DNA of 64,000 bases, from the NCBI GenBank assembly GCA_002269645.1, contig NIVC01000184.1, positions 186,001 to 250,000 on the forward strand, written 5' to 3'. The notes below the pieces were generated by a model. That model saw only the letters and a list, made by a program, of their open reading frames with translations. It searched no databases and was not told where the DNA came from. Of this stretch, positions 61,664 through 64,000 are shown piece by piece. Position numbers and translations under genes: made by a program. Positions within the stretch are counted from its first letter, which is position 1, and each line of letters begins with the position of its first letter. This stretch comes from Macrostomum lignano. Its lineage: Eukaryota.

Positions 61664-63078
61664 ATTAGGGATCTGGGATTAGGAATCTAAGTCTAGGGAT
61701 CTGGGATTAGGGATCTGGCTGTAAGGATCTGGTATTATGGATCTGGGATTAGAGATCTGGGATAAGGGTCTGCGATTAGGGATCTGGGATTAGGGATATG
61801 GGATTAGAGATCTGTGAATAGGGATCTGAGATTAAAAATCTGGGATTAGGGGTCTGGGATTAGGGATTAGGGATTTGTGATTAGGGATCTGGGATTAGGG
61901 ATATGGGATTAGAGATCTGAATTAGGGATCTGGGATTAGTGATCTTGGATTAGAATCTGAGATTAGGGATCTGGGATTAGAGATCTGGGATTAGAGATCT
62001 GGGATTAGGATCTGGGATTAGGGATATGGGATTAGAGATCTGAATTAGGGATCTGGGATTAGTGATCTTGGATTAGAATCTAAGATTAGGGATCTGGGAT
62101 TAGAGATCTGGGATTAGAGATCTGGGATTAGAATCTGGGATTAGAATCTGGGATTAGAATCTGGGATTAGGGATCTGGGTTAGGGATCTGGGATTAGTGA
62201 TCTTGGATTAGAATCTGAGATTAGGGATCTGGGATTAGAGATCTGGGATTAGAGATCTGGGATTAGAATCTGGGATTAGAATCTGGGATTAGAATCTGGG
62301 ATTAGCGATCAGGGATTAGAATCTGGGATTAGCGATCAGGTATTAGAGATCTGGGATTAGGGATCTGGGTTAGGGATCTGGGATTAGGATCTTGGATTAG
62401 TGATCAGGTACTAGAGATCTGAGATTTAGGGATCTGGGTTAGGGATCTGGGATTAGTGATCTTGGATTAGAATCTGAGATCAGGGATCTGGGATTAGAGA
62501 TCTGGGATTAGAGATCTGGGATTAGAATCTGGGATTAGAATCTGGGATTAGAATCTGGGATTAGCGATCAGGGATTAGAATCTGGGATTAGCGATCAGGG
62601 ATTAGAATCTGGGATTAGCGATCAGGTATTAGAGATCTGGGATTAGGGATCTGGGTTAGGGATCTGGGATTAGGATCTTGGATTAGTGATCAGCTACTAG
62701 AGATCTGGGATTTAGGGATCTGGTTAGAGATCTGGGTTAGGGATCTGGGTTAGGGATCTGGGTTAGGGATCTGGGTTAGGGATCTGGGTTAGGGATCTGG
62801 GTTAGGGATCTGGGTTAGGGATCTGGGTTAGGGATCTGGGTTAGGGATCTGGGTTAGGGATCTGGGTTAGGGATCTGGGTTAGGGATCTGGGTTAGGGAT
62901 CTGGGTTAGGGATCTGGGTTAGGGATCTGGGTTAGGGATCTGGGTTAGGGATCTGGGTTAGGGATCTGGGTTAGGGATCTGGGTTAGGGATCTGGGTTAG
63001 GGATCTGGGTTAGGGATCTGGGTTAGGGATCTGGGTTAGGGATCTGGGTTAGGGATCTGGGTTAGGGATCTGGGATTA
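61664..63078. repeat. telomere-like satellite: degenerate 14/15-mers, then pure 13-mer CTGGGTTAGGGAT
   Basis: Homogeneous 13-bp units from about 62730 to 63070, each containing TTAGGG. Confidence 0.96.
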
Positions 63079-63884
63079 TTTGTCTGGATTAAGAGTAGAA
63101 TCATAAATATAAAATCCTTAAACTAAGCAGGGAGCTCTAATCTAAATCTACTTGAAATTCTTCTCAAGCAGCACGCGGAGCAATAGAGCTGGAGAATCAA
63201 AGCTCGAATGAAAATTTAATTTAGGGTAGGAGAGGGAGAATCTTTTTTACGATTCTTAAATTTAATTAAGACAATGCCCAGAAAGTTCTTTCGCAGGAAA
63301 TTCTGCTGTTTCAAAATTCGCAATGTAAGTTTTGGGCACCCTTGTCGCCAATGCCTGTTTTTGCCCAATTCTGCCCATGATCCATTGACTCCCTGAGCAC
63401 ACACACAAGCGCACCAATGCTGTACGCAGGCACAGCACTCGTACACACGCTCACGCAGGGTGTACAGTCGCCAAAAGGCTGCTTAAGGGTAGTCATGATA
63501 GTATAGAAAACAGAAAAAGGGACATAAAGAGGACAGATAGCTAGATAGGAAGATTCATTCCGCACAGAAATTGAAATCGGATATCGCTGATGCATGCATT
63601 GAATTGTGGAATTTCGCTCTGCCCATTGTCAGTTTTGGCAATGCATAATTGTATCAATAGTAGTACTCGTCTGCGTGTAACCGATTCTAGATTGAGTAGA
63701 AATATAATGCTCAACATCAGCTATTGTACGTACTTAGTCATTATAGCTATGAGTATTTTTGTGTCGATTATTTAGCTTCTCACTGATCTCTATAGTTGAG
63801 TACAAATTTACTAAATGATTTTATGTGGCAATAGTTCGATTTTTTTCGGACTTTAAAGAAAAGCGATGGATTCTAAAAATGTGA

Positions 63885-64000
63885 CGTAATCTAAAAAAGC
63901 GATCAATTCCAGGAATGTGACAATTTCTAAGAAAGCGATCAATTGCAGGAATGTGACGAATTTTATGAAAGCGATCATTTACAGGAATGTGACGAATTCT
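63885..64000. repeat. about 34-bp tandem repeat truncated by the window end
   Basis: AAAGCGATCAATT.CAGGAATGTGAC repeated about three times. Confidence 0.75.

Noticed and set aside
647-63078. Tandem arrays as CRISPR arrays
   Set aside because: Units are head-to-tail with no unique spacers, no cas genes, and the context is eukaryotic.

Overview
Eukaryotic (animal) genomic DNA; no prokaryotic features or true CRISPR arrays. GC-rich exons sit among AT-rich DNA and about 30 minisatellite arrays (roughly a third of the window). This style, plus TTAGGG-containing repeats, suggests a free-living flatworm such as Macrostomum (inference only). By GT-AG and phase checks I assembled five spliced genes: a RUN-PDZ-PTB protein (-), ZMYND8-like (-), GDP-fucose transporter SLC35C1 (-), kinesin-8 KIF19 (+) and AAR2 (+). 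Also present: an intronless PAN/C-type lectin gene (-), tRNA-Thr(CGT), three orphan ORF candidates, a full-length mariner with a frameshifted DD34D transposase, two tRNA-headed SINE families (one with a MIR-like CORE domain), four MITEs and a Harbinger relic. Best leads: (1) most introns hold a private minisatellite; six unrelated units share GATCCC and three share GGCGCC, motifs that also occur inside MITEs in this window; (2) AAR2 has no in-frame ATG but a phase-0 acceptor that a spliced-leader AUG could complete; (3) a sharply bounded CpG-depleted, CTAG-rich domain at about 23-29.6 kb. All family assignments rest on recalled motifs; no searches were run.
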